64,000 bases of DNA from Kiritimatiellia bacterium (GTDB lineage Bacteria; Verrucomicrobiota; Kiritimatiellia; RFP12; UBA1067). The position numbers and the translations under genes are program-made. Each line of letters starts with the position of its first letter. Position 1 is the stretch's first letter. Below, in pieces: positions 28,577-38,500 of the stretch. The DNA is taken from positions 1,908,442 through 1,972,441 of the forward strand of contig JBMNFY010000017.1 in the NCBI GenBank assembly GCA_050949565.1, given 5' to 3'. The notes under the pieces were generated by a model that searched no databases, was not told the origin of the DNA, and saw nothing but the letters and a program-made list of their open reading frames with translations.

Positions 28577-31500
28577 TCATTGATGGCAGGGCTGCCGATT
28601 GCCCATGCTGTTCAACCCGACGGGAGCCAAACTTTGCTCCCAAACATCGATTACGACATCCCCTTCGAAAAGAGGCGGCAGGCGATCAAACCATGTGCCG
28701 TAGACCGACCCCAGAGGGATGTCGCATGTCGTCGTGATGGTGGGGTCCTCATAGCCCATCATCAACAACCGGTAGGTGATCAAATATGCCTGTAGCAAAT
28801 CAGGGGGGTAATAACCCGCGCCCCAGTCCTGCGGGAGACGATCCGCCGTGACGGGGCCTGTGACAACTCTTTCAAGTGTGTTCGACACCGACCGATACGG
28901 ATAAATATCCAGCAGTCCGCACGCATGGCCGATCTCGTGGGCCAAAGTTCTCTCCGAGATGCCGCTCCTCAAAACAATCCCCTGCGTGTCTTCAAGTCCC
29001 AAAAGACTCCCAGCTATAGTCCCATCAATATAAAAATCTCGGACAAAATAAAGCTCTATGCCGCCTGTCGCCGTCTCGATATTGCGTATGGACTCCAATT
29101 CGCCGGACCAGCCATTGGTAAAGTCAATATCCAGCCATTCCTCGCAATTCGTATATTGAATCGCTCCGTTCACATGGAAGGTCATGGCGCACTGCTTGAA
29201 GATCGCGTTCACCCCGCTCAGCAGTTCCTGCACGCGGCCTTCGGAGCAAGCCGCGTTATTCCCGTTATCATCCCGGACAATCCACACCGTGACCGGAACC
29301 GTTTTAGGATCGAGCACCATCCCCGCAATGCAGGGATTGGCGGGGAAGTTCACCCCTTCCAGCTCAACCTCGAGCTTGAACGCGCCCTCAGTGCTTCCGC
29401 CCTTCACGGCGACCAGACGCCCCGTGTTGCGGTTCCCAACAAACGACACATCCCCGGAGACCACGCTCCAAGATATTTTGTCGTCAGGGAAAAGAGAGGT
29501 TGGCTCGACATTGATCTTGTAATATCCGATCCCGCCGGTCGCTATGCCGCAGGGATTATAGACTTCCGGACTGTTTTCAGTTGTAACGGGTTCCAAGGTG
29601 ACCGCAACCGCCGTCATCTTCAGCAAGGCCTCGCAGGAAATGCCCGACGCCGCGCCCGTACCCTGGAATGAGAGCGTCAGGACGGCCTCACCGGGACCCT
29701 CCGCCTGAACCAGGACGGTCTCCAGCGTGGAGCCGGGCGGAAAGGCGACGGCGTTGCTCTCGCCGCCGCGGACGGTGACGCCCCCGTAGCGCGCGACGAT
29801 GTTGGACGGGCCGTCGAGGGCGAGCGTGTACGCGCCGGGCAGCGCGGCGTCGTTGAAGACCTTGAGCGGGAATGCGTTGGTCCCCGCCGGGATCAGCCAT
29901 GTCCGGTCCCAGTCCGCCGCCAGCGCGGCGTCGTCGCCGGGGCCGGCCGCCCCGTCGAGGTCCACGTCCGGCTGGAGGTCGAGCGAGAGGACCGTGAAGC
30001 GGTCGGTCTCGTAAAAGGTCATGGGCAGGTGCGGGTCGAACCGCGAGAAGCGCACGGAGCGGTCGTAGGGCGCCGCGCTGGGCGTGAGCCCGGTGACGGT
30101 GACCACGCCCGGCGAATCGGGCAGCGGCCCGGGCGCGAGCGGGACGGCCCCGCCGCCGTCGAAGGACCTGAACGCGGCCGCCAGCCCGGCCGCGCCCTCG
30201 TAGACGACGGGGCCGGAGCCCTGTCCACCGCCGCCGCCGGAGTGCGGGTTGTGCTCCGGGCAGGAACAGCAGCCGCTGTGGTCGAATATGGTGCCGCCCG
30301 TTTCCTGGCGCCGGTGCCAGTGGTCGACCGCCCACTGGCAGTGGCTGCAGCCGGGGCCGTGGCCGCAGTCGTCGGGATCGTTCGGGGGCGTTCCCTGTCC
30401 GCCATGCCCCGACGGCCAGGGGCTGAGCGTGGCCCAGCAGTCCGGCCACGCCGCGGGGCGGCGCGGCACCGGCAGCGTGAAAAACGTGTTGGTGCCGTTG
30501 GCAGGGGGGATATAGCCGCGTCCGGCGGCTGGGCAACGTCCTTCGTCCGCCGGTTTGCCGGTCAGGTCGCACCACCAGCGCGTGAGGCTGTTGGTGGTCA
30601 CATGCCTCTGGCAGTAGCCGCAGGAACTGCACCGGGTCGCGGGCCATTCCGAGCGCAGAGATGACAGGGTGCCGGTGCCGGCCCGGGCGGGGGCGCCCGC
30701 GTCCAGCCCGTCGGGCATGAACGCGACGGAGACCTCCGTCGGCAGTCCGTCGATGTCGGGCCAGACCGTGAACTCGGGCACGTTGGTCACGACGGTCGTG
30801 CCGCCGTAGCTCCAGGCGTATTGCCCGGAGAGGCCCGCCGCGCAGCCGGTCGCGCGGAAGGTGATCGGTTCGCCGTGGAAACAGGCGGCGGCGGGCTCCA
30901 CCGTGAAGAACGGCGCGGCGACGGTGCCTTCCCGGCTGACCGCGTGCGACAGCGGCGGCGGCGGGGGGGCGGGCGGCGGCTGCTGGATGAAGAACCCGGG
31001 GACATCGGACGAGACCGTGTAATCCACCTCGACGCCGTGGCGGGCGCAGAGCCACACGGTCTGGGTCGCCGCCTTGTCCAGCCACAGCGTCCATGATCCG
31101 GGGTCGCGCATGACGAGGGGGATCTCGCCGATCCAGAGCACCGCGCCGGGATCGGCGACGGGGGCGTCCAGCGTGACCGTGACCGCGAACAGGGAGTCGT
31201 CCCAGGGGAATCCCGATGCCTCGCAGGTACCGTTCGTGGGCAGCGCGTGGTGCATGTGGAAGAGCCAGGTGTTGGAACAGCAGTTCAATATCGCGCCGGG
31301 ATCGCCGGGGGAGAGCGGGTCGGGGTCGATGGAGTCGGCCGCGAGGTCGCCGTCGGTGTCGGGGTCGAGGGGGTCCGTGCCGAGGGTCATTTCCACGCCG
31401 TCGTCCGCCCCGTCGCCGTCGCTGTCGGCGCGGCGCGGGTCGGTGCCGTGGATGAGCAGTTCGTCATAGATGGAGAGGCCGTCGCCGTCGTGGTCGTCAA

Positions 31501-32425
31501 TGGCCGGGTCGAGCAGGCCGAAGGCGCGCCAGCACAGCTCAAGGCCATTGGTGAGCGCGGAGGGATCGTTGAGGGCGTAAGCCTCGCCGCCGCCGTTGTG
31601 CAGGGCGCCGATGAAGAGGTTGGTGAAGGCGTGGCCGGGGGATCGGAGCGCGGAGCCGGCCGGTATTTTGTACCGGAAGCGGAAATCGCCGTTTCCGAAG
31701 AGCTCGGACTGGAAGGAGACCGGGCAGTTGGTGTCGCGCCCGGCGTAGAGGTTCTCCCAGGTCAGCAGCAGGCCGCCGGAGGGCGTGGGCGCGTGCCAGA
31801 AGCGCCCCTGCGGCGGCACGGTGCCGAAGCTGCCGTGCAGCGGCGCGAGCAGGCTGGCGTTCGCGGGCACGGAGGAGGGGGAAGGTGTGGACAACGGGTC
31901 ACGGAACGACACCAGCCCCGAGCTGGAGACGTGCAGGCCGTCGATCTGGTTCGTGCCGAGGGTGAAGGACCAGCCGTTTGTCTGCAGCCAGAAGGTGTCC
32001 TCGGCCACGCCGTACACGGTCCACGGCGCGTGGACGATCGCATTGGAGGGCGCGGCACGCCAGGCGGCGGCGTTGGTCGCGGCGGAGACGAGGGCGACCC
32101 CGGCGGCGTACTGGGCGGGGGTGAGCGCACCGGCGCGGGGCGCGCCGGTGCGGTCGTTCAAAGGTTCAAGAGGTTCAAGAGGGACGGCGGAGGTGGCGGG
32201 GGCGGGGGCGGGCTCCGGGGTGCCGGCCGGGACCTTGCGCTTGGAACCGCCGCTGACACAGCACGCGATAAGAAAAATCGCGATGAACACTTGGTCGAAG
32301 CGGGACTGGGCGAGGAAGCGGCGTATCGGGTCGCGGAAAAAGGCACCGCCGGTCTCGCAGATACGGGCGATAAACCACAGCACGAAAGCGATGCAGAGGA
32401 ACCAGAAAAGCATGTTGGGTGTCAT
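28577..32425 (-). CDS. 1282-aa membrane-anchored multidomain protein with DxDGDG repeats and C-terminal zincin-like HExxH domain, copy 1
   Basis: Two N-terminal hydrophobic helices; DHDGDG/DSDGDG/DTDGD repeats; Cys/His-rich middle; TLAHEIGHACGL and downstream LMM. Confidence 0.8.
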   Translation of the reverse strand: MTPNMLFWFLCIAFVLWFIARICETGGAFFRDPIRRFLAQSRFDQVFIAIFLIACCVSGGSKRKVPAGTPEPAPAPATSAVPLEPLEPLNDRTGAPRAGALTPAQYAAGVALVSAATNAAAWRAAPSNAIVHAPWTVYGVAEDTFWLQTNGWSFTLGTNQIDGLHVSSSGLVSFRDPLSTPSPSSVPANASLLAPLHGSFGTVPPQGRFWHAPTPSGGLLLTWENLYAGRDTNCPVSFQSELFGNGDFRFRYKIPAGSALRSPGHAFTNLFIGALHNGGGEAYALNDPSALTNGLELCWRAFGLLDPAIDDHDGDGLSIYDELLIHGTDPRRADSDGDGADDGVEMTLGTDPLDPDTDGDLAADSIDPDPLSPGDPGAILNCCSNTWLFHMHHALPTNGTCEASGFPWDDSLFAVTVTLDAPVADPGAVLWIGEIPLVMRDPGSWTLWLDKAATQTVWLCARHGVEVDYTVSSDVPGFFIQQPPPAPPPPPLSHAVSREGTVAAPFFTVEPAAACFHGEPITFRATGCAAGLSGQYAWSYGGTTVVTNVPEFTVWPDIDGLPTEVSVAFMPDGLDAGAPARAGTGTLSSLRSEWPATRCSSCGYCQRHVTTNSLTRWWCDLTGKPADEGRCPAAGRGYIPPANGTNTFFTLPVPRRPAAWPDCWATLSPWPSGHGGQGTPPNDPDDCGHGPGCSHCQWAVDHWHRRQETGGTIFDHSGCCSCPEHNPHSGGGGGQGSGPVVYEGAAGLAAAFRSFDGGGAVPLAPGPLPDSPGVVTVTGLTPSAAPYDRSVRFSRFDPHLPMTFYETDRFTVLSLDLQPDVDLDGAAGPGDDAALAADWDRTWLIPAGTNAFPLKVFNDAALPGAYTLALDGPSNIVARYGGVTVRGGESNAVAFPPGSTLETVLVQAEGPGEAVLTLSFQGTGAASGISCEALLKMTAVAVTLEPVTTENSPEVYNPCGIATGGIGYYKINVEPTSLFPDDKISWSVVSGDVSFVGNRNTGRLVAVKGGSTEGAFKLEVELEGVNFPANPCIAGMVLDPKTVPVTVWIVRDDNGNNAACSEGRVQELLSGVNAIFKQCAMTFHVNGAIQYTNCEEWLDIDFTNGWSGELESIRNIETATGGIELYFVRDFYIDGTIAGSLLGLEDTQGIVLRSGISERTLAHEIGHACGLLDIYPYRSVSNTLERVVTGPVTADRLPQDWGAGYYPPDLLQAYLITYRLLMMGYEDPTITTTCDIPLGSVYGTWFDRLPPLFEGDVVIDVWEQSLAPVGLNSMGNRQPCHQ

Positions 32426-32470
32426 ATTCGCGTCTCCCCGGCTACTTTAACGATGTTCTTGTAAGCCTCT

Positions 32471-32520
32471 CGTGGCATGGGCGTCCCGCCCATGAACACG
32501 GGCAAGATGCCCGTGCCACG
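32471..32520. repeat. REP doublet core
   Basis: CGTGGCATGGGCGTCCCGCCCATGAACACGGGCAAGATGCCCGTGCCACG. Confidence 0.8.
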
Positions 32521-32555
32521 CCTGCAAACGAGAAGTTCTGCAAAAGCCTCTCCTG

Positions 32556-33155
32556 TCATTTGATGGTGATCCGTGTGGCGTCCGGGGCGGACATGATGGT
32601 GATGCGCTCCTGCGGCGCGTCCGCGCCGCGCGCGGTGACGCGCAGGGTGTCCCATGTTCCGGGGCGCAGCCATTCCGGCAGGGGCGGCTGAGGGAGGCCC
32701 GCGAAGGCGACCGCGCCGTCGCGGTCGGTGAAGGCCGGGGGCAGACAGACACCCGAAGCAGTGACGCGGATGAGGGCGGTGAGCCTCTGCGTGCCGTTGG
32801 ACGAGGCGGCGGGGACGGCGTGACGGGTGCGCAGGCCGCGCGGCGACAGGAACCACCCGCCGCGGTCCCATCCGATGGCGAGGTCGGTCTCGCCAGCGTC
32901 GAGCACGCCGTCCGCCGGGGCGGCGTCGCGGCCCAGGCAGACCTGGACGTGGTTGGAGGGCGTGGCCTCGAAGACAAGCTCAAGACGGAAGACGCGCGGG
33001 CCGTCGGGGCCGACGGCGGGCAGGGCGTGCGTCGCCGACACCTCGCGGTCGGCGGTCGCGGGCTCCGGCAGGCGCGGCGCCTCAAGGGTGGCGGCACCCG
33101 CCGCCAGCGCGGCTGCGGTGATGGCAGTGACTATGGCTGTTACGTTGTGTTTCAT
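32556..33155 (-). CDS. Secreted hypothetical protein, first gene of the operon, copy 1
   Basis: 199 aa with an Ala-rich signal peptide; ends PDATRITIK. Confidence 0.7.
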   Translation of the reverse strand: MKHNVTAIVTAITAAALAAGAATLEAPRLPEPATADREVSATHALPAVGPDGPRVFRLELVFEATPSNHVQVCLGRDAAPADGVLDAGETDLAIGWDRGGWFLSPRGLRTRHAVPAASSNGTQRLTALIRVTASGVCLPPAFTDRDGAVAFAGLPQPPLPEWLRPGTWDTLRVTARGADAPQERITIMSAPDATRITIK

Positions 33156-33515
33156 CTCGTTCCCTTCGCTCGGTTCTCCGGCAGGGAAAAGGCGCGGACC
33201 CCGCTCCGCGCCTCCTACGAGGGACCGCTAAGACCCTTTGGCAAAGCCCGGCGACGAGGCCGCGCCCGATCGGGCGCGTCCCCACGCATCTCGCTTTGCT
33301 GTGAAAACTAGCGGTTGGTTTCGTTTGAAGCGTTATGCGCGAAAGCGCAAAAATCAAATCAGTCTATGGGGTTCGGTTCTCTTCTCGTCCTCCGGTTCTC
33401 GCTCTTCTTGTCCGCCAAGCGGCTCTCGTTCGCATGCGGCTTGTCCACTGCCACCCGGCAACAACGCCGCATTCCGTCGTTGAGTGCATTTTATACTCAC
33501 TGGCAGATCGAACGC

Positions 33516-33755
33516 CTGAACCAGGACGGTCTCCAGCGTGGAGCCGGGCGGAAAGGCGACGGCGTTGCTCTCGCCGCCGCGGACGGTGACGCCCCCGTAC
33601 CGCGCGACGACGTTGGACGGGCCTGCGAGGGCGATCGTGTACACGCCGGGCAGCGCGACGCCGTTGAAGACCGTGAGCGGGAAGGCGTTGGTCCCCGCCG
33701 GGATCAGCCATGTCCGGTCCCAACCCGGCCAAATGTCAGAGATCAGGCTTTTCAT
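33516..33755 (-). pseudogene. Truncated orphan-cassette head cut by the duplication junction
   Basis: WDRTWLIPAGTNAFPLTVFNGVALPGVYTIALAG...TLETVLVQA, then runs into leader sequence. Confidence 0.75.
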
Positions 33756-34632
33756 TTTTCGGTTCAGGATCAAGCAACTCTCCTTTGGCGGTAAAATCCT
33801 TGCGTTTAGCCGTGGGCGTTTTTTCGATCTCCGCCTTGACTGCCTCAAAGTGCGGGCGGCTGTATTCCGGCCCGGCCTTCACCATCCGATCCGCCACCTT
33901 TTCGCGCTGGACGCTGGCTGGATAGCCCTCCAATGTCTCGCACAAAACTTGGTCTATCATCTTAACGGTATCACCGGCTTTTTCTTTTTCGACCGATTCT
34001 AGTAAGAATTGATGAGCATCATCCAGTCTTGCTTTCGGGTTGTTTTTTTTCTCCATCCGAACTCTGCGCCCAAAAGTTTCATATAAACTATAGAATTCTC
34101 TCGGCGTATGTGTTCCATCGCGTTCAATTTTACGAAGAAACGAAATCGCCTCAATTCCGAGCACGTTGACAACACCTCTGGATGCCGTTTCGCGGATATC
34201 CCTATCTGCAGAAGTGCTCTTGAGTTCTAAATAGGGAAGCGCAGATGGGTCTTTGGTATGGCTCATGAAAGTGAGTAACTTCCGGCAATATCGCGTAAGT
34301 TCAGATTTCTCGTCTCGATTGGTTATATTGCCAGACGACAACATTACCAATCCTTCCTCTGCAACATTTTTCGCCTCAGTTACCATATCGTGAACCGGTA
34401 TCCCGTTGTTCTTCGCATACAGAAGAAGCGTGTCATCTGGTCGGGGTAATCGATAGTCTCTTGGACTTCGCAATAAACTAAGCGCCACCACTGTCCGCAA
34501 GTCGTGTTTCCCGTCGTACAGCTCCCAATGGTGCACCGTGTTCGTGACCGGCCAGCCAGACGGCCAGCCAAACACAGAAGGGGCAAGCAGCGTCGCCACC
34601 GCCAGACAGATGTTGCATAGTGACTGTTTCAT
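33736..34632 (-). CDS. Family A member 2, copy 2
   Basis: Translation matches 26790-27686 except HHWE versus HHWD. Confidence 0.75.
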   Translation of the reverse strand: MKQSLCNICLAVATLLAPSVFGWPSGWPVTNTVHHWELYDGKHDLRTVVALSLLRSPRDYRLPRPDDTLLLYAKNNGIPVHDMVTEAKNVAEEGLVMLSSGNITNRDEKSELTRYCRKLLTFMSHTKDPSALPYLELKSTSADRDIRETASRGVVNVLGIEAISFLRKIERDGTHTPREFYSLYETFGRRVRMEKKNNPKARLDDAHQFLLESVEKEKAGDTVKMIDQVLCETLEGYPASVQREKVADRMVKAGPEYSRPHFEAVKAEIEKTPTAKRKDFTAKGELLDPEPKNEKPDL

Positions 34633-35507
34633 TGTTCCGCTCGTTCAGGATCAAGCAACTCTCCTTTGGCGGCAAAATCCTTGCGTTTAGCCGTGGGCGT
34701 TTTTTCGATCTCCGCCTTGACTGCCTCAAAATGCGGGCGGCTGTATTCCGGCCCGGCCTTCACCATCCGATCCGCCACCTTTTCGCGCTGGACGCTGGCT
34801 GAATATCCCTCCAATGTCTCGCACAAAACACGATCTAACATTTTGACGGTACTCCCCTCCTCTTCTTCTATCAATTCCAGTAAGAAAGCATAGGCATCGT
34901 CCACTTTCGCTTTCGGATTGCTTGCCTTCTCCATCCGAATCTTATATCCAAATGATTCATATAGACTATATAAATCCCCTCTATACAATTCGTTTTTTTT
35001 GAAGTCACGAAGAAAACCAATAGCATTCGATCCCAAAATGTTCACAATCATATTCGCTGCAGTCCGACGGATGTCATCATTGGCGGATGTGCTTTTTAAC
35101 TCCAAATATGGAAGGGCAGACGGGTCTTTTGTATACCCCATGAATCCTATGAGTATCCCGCAATATCGCATGACCGCCGCAGCTTCTTCTTTGTTTGTGA
35201 GGCTTCCCGACTCCAGCATGGCAAACCCCTCCTCAGCGACCGTTTGGGCCACGCCCACCATATTGCTGACCGGTATCCTGTGTTCTTTCGCGTATGCGAG
35301 CAACATGTCCTCTGTTCGCGGCAACCGGTAATCTCGGGGAATTCGCATCAGTCCCACGGCCACCACTGTCCGCAAGTCATGTTTCCCGTCATATACCTCC
35401 CAGTGCGGCACCGTATTTGTGACCGGCCAGCCGGACGGCCATCCAAACACAGAAGAGGCAAGCAGCGTCGCCACCGCCAACCAGATATTGCACACTAACT
35501 GTTTCAT
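34629..35507 (-). CDS. Family A member 1, copy 2
   Basis: Translation matches 27683-28561. Confidence 0.75.
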   Translation of the reverse strand: MKQLVCNIWLAVATLLASSVFGWPSGWPVTNTVPHWEVYDGKHDLRTVVAVGLMRIPRDYRLPRTEDMLLAYAKEHRIPVSNMVGVAQTVAEEGFAMLESGSLTNKEEAAAVMRYCGILIGFMGYTKDPSALPYLELKSTSANDDIRRTAANMIVNILGSNAIGFLRDFKKNELYRGDLYSLYESFGYKIRMEKASNPKAKVDDAYAFLLELIEEEEGSTVKMLDRVLCETLEGYSASVQREKVADRMVKAGPEYSRPHFEAVKAEIEKTPTAKRKDFAAKGELLDPERAEQ

Positions 35508-35522
35508 TCTTTCACTCCTTTC

Positions 35523-38500
35523 TCATTGATGGCAGGGCTGCCGATTGCCCATGCTGTTCAACCCGACGGGAGCCAAACTTTGCTCCCAAACATCGATTAC
35601 GACATCCCCTTCGAAAAGAGGCGGCAGGCGATCAAACCATGTGCCGTAGACCGACCCCAGAGGGATGTCGCATGTCGTCGTGATGGTGGGGTCCTCATAG
35701 CCCATCATCAACAACCGGTAGGTGATCAAATATGCCTGTAGCAAATCAGGGGGGTAATAACCCGCGCCCCAGTCCTGCGGGAGACGATCCGCCGTGACGG
35801 GGCCTGTGACAACTCTTTCAAGTGTGTTCGACACCGACCGATACGGATAAATATCCAGCAGTCCGCACGCATGGCCGATCTCGTGGGCCAAAGTTCTCTC
35901 CGAGATGCCGCTCCTCAAAACAATCCCCTGCGTGTCTTCAAGTCCCAAAAGACTCCCAGCTATAGTCCCATCAATATAAAAATCTCGGACAAAATAAAGC
36001 TCTATGCCGCCTGTCGCCGTCTCGATATTGCGTATGGACTCCAATTCGCCGGACCAGCCATTGGTAAAGTCAATATCCAGCCATTCCTCGCAATTCGTAT
36101 ATTGAATCGCTCCGTTCACATGGAAGGTCATGGCGCACTGCTTGAAGATCGCGTTCACCCCGCTCAGCAGTTCCTGCACGCGGCCTTCGGAGCAAGCCGC
36201 GTTATTCCCGTTATCATCCCGGACAATCCACACCGTGACCGGAACCGTTTTAGGATCGAGCACCATCCCCGCAATGCAGGGATTGGCGGGGAAGTTCACC
36301 CCTTCCAGCTCAACCTCGAGCTTGAACGCGCCCTCAGTGCTTCCGCCCTTCACGGCGACCAGACGCCCCGTGTTGCGGTTCCCAACAAACGACACATCCC
36401 CGGAGACCACGCTCCAAGATATTTTGTCGTCAGGGAAAAGAGAGGTTGGCTCGACATTGATCTTGTAATATCCGATCCCGCCGGTCGCTATGCCGCAGGG
36501 ATTATAGACTTCCGGACTGTTTTCAGTTGTAACGGGTTCCAAGGTGACCGCAACCGCCGTCATCTTCAGCAAGGCCTCGCAGGAAATGCCCGACGCCGCG
36601 CCCGTACCCTGGAATGAGAGCGTCAGGACGGCCTCACCGGGACCCTCCGCCTGAACCAGGACGGTCTCCAGCGTGGAGCCGGGCGGAAAGGCGACGGCGT
36701 TGCTCTCGCCGCCGCGGACGGTGACGCCCCCGTAGCGCGCGACGATGTTGGACGGGCCGTCGAGGGCGAGCGTGTACGCGCCGGGCAGCGCGGCGTCGTT
36801 GAAGACCTTGAGCGGGAATGCGTTGGTCCCCGCCGGGATCAGCCATGTCCGGTCCCAGTCCGCCGCCAGCGCGGCGTCGTCGCCGGGGCCGGCCGCCCCG
36901 TCGAGGTCCACGTCCGGCTGGAGGTCGAGCGAGAGGACCGTGAAGCGGTCGGTCTCGTAAAAGGTCATGGGCAGGTGCGGGTCGAACCGCGAGAAGCGCA
37001 CGGAGCGGTCGTAGGGCGCCGCGCTGGGCGTGAGCCCGGTGACGGTGACCACGCCCGGCGAATCGGGCAGCGGCCCGGGCGCGAGCGGGACGGCCCCGCC
37101 GCCGTCGAAGGACCTGAACGCGGCCGCCAGCCCGGCCGCGCCCTCGTAGACGACGGGGCCGGAGCCCTGTCCACCGCCGCCGCCGGAGTGCGGGTTGTGC
37201 TCCGGGCAGGAACAGCAGCCGCTGTGGTCGAATATGGTGCCGCCCGTTTCCTGGCGCCGGTGCCAGTGGTCGACCGCCCACTGGCAGTGGCTGCAGCCGG
37301 GGCCGTGGCCGCAGTCGTCGGGATCGTTCGGGGGCGTTCCCTGTCCGCCATGCCCCGACGGCCAGGGGCTGAGCGTGGCCCAGCAGTCCGGCCACGCCGC
37401 GGGGCGGCGCGGCACCGGCAGCGTGAAAAACGTGTTGGTGCCGTTGGCAGGGGGGATATAGCCGCGTCCGGCGGCTGGGCAACGTCCTTCGTCCGCCGGT
37501 TTGCCGGTCAGGTCGCACCACCAGCGCGTGAGGCTGTTGGTGGTCACATGCCTCTGGCAGTAGCCGCAGGAACTGCACCGGGTCGCGGGCCATTCCGAGC
37601 GCAGAGATGACAGGGTGCCGGTGCCGGCCCGGGCGGGGGCGCCCGCGTCCAGCCCGTCGGGCATGAACGCGACGGAGACCTCCGTCGGCAGTCCGTCGAT
37701 GTCGGGCCAGACCGTGAACTCGGGCACGTTGGTCACGACGGTCGTGCCGCCGTAGCTCCAGGCGTATTGCCCGGAGAGGCCCGCCGCGCAGCCGGTCGCG
37801 CGGAAGGTGATCGGTTCGCCGTGGAAACAGGCGGCGGCGGGCTCCACCGTGAAGAACGGCGCGGCGACGGTGCCTTCCCGGCTGACCGCGTGCGACAGCG
37901 GCGGCGGCGGGGGGGCGGGCGGCGGCTGCTGGATGAAGAACCCGGGGACATCGGACGAGACCGTGTAATCCACCTCGACGCCGTGGCGGGCGCAGAGCCA
38001 CACGGTCTGGGTCGCCGCCTTGTCCAGCCACAGCGTCCATGATCCGGGGTCGCGCATGACGAGGGGGATCTCGCCGATCCAGAGCACCGCGCCGGGATCG
38101 GCGACGGGGGCGTCCAGCGTGACCGTGACCGCGAACAGGGAGTCGTCCCAGGGGAATCCCGATGCCTCGCAGGTACCGTTCGTGGGCAGCGCGTGGTGCA
38201 TGTGGAAGAGCCAGGTGTTGGAACAGCAGTTCAATATCGCGCCGGGATCGCCGGGGGAGAGCGGGTCGGGGTCGATGGAGTCGGCCGCGAGGTCGCCGTC
38301 GGTGTCGGGGTCGAGGGGGTCCGTGCCGAGGGTCATTTCCACGCCGTCGTCCGCCCCGTCGCCGTCGCTGTCGGCGCGGCGCGGGTCGGTGCCGTGGATG
38401 AGCAGTTCGTCATAGATGGAGAGGCCGTCGCCGTCGTGGTCGTCAATGGCCGGGTCGAGCAGGCCGAAGGCGCGCCAGCACAGCTCAAGGCCATTGGTGA

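Noticed and set aside
29688-31094. 468-aa Arg-rich ORF overlapping the 1282-aa gene (also 36634-38040)
   Set aside because: Alternative-frame artefact of very high GC at third codon positions.
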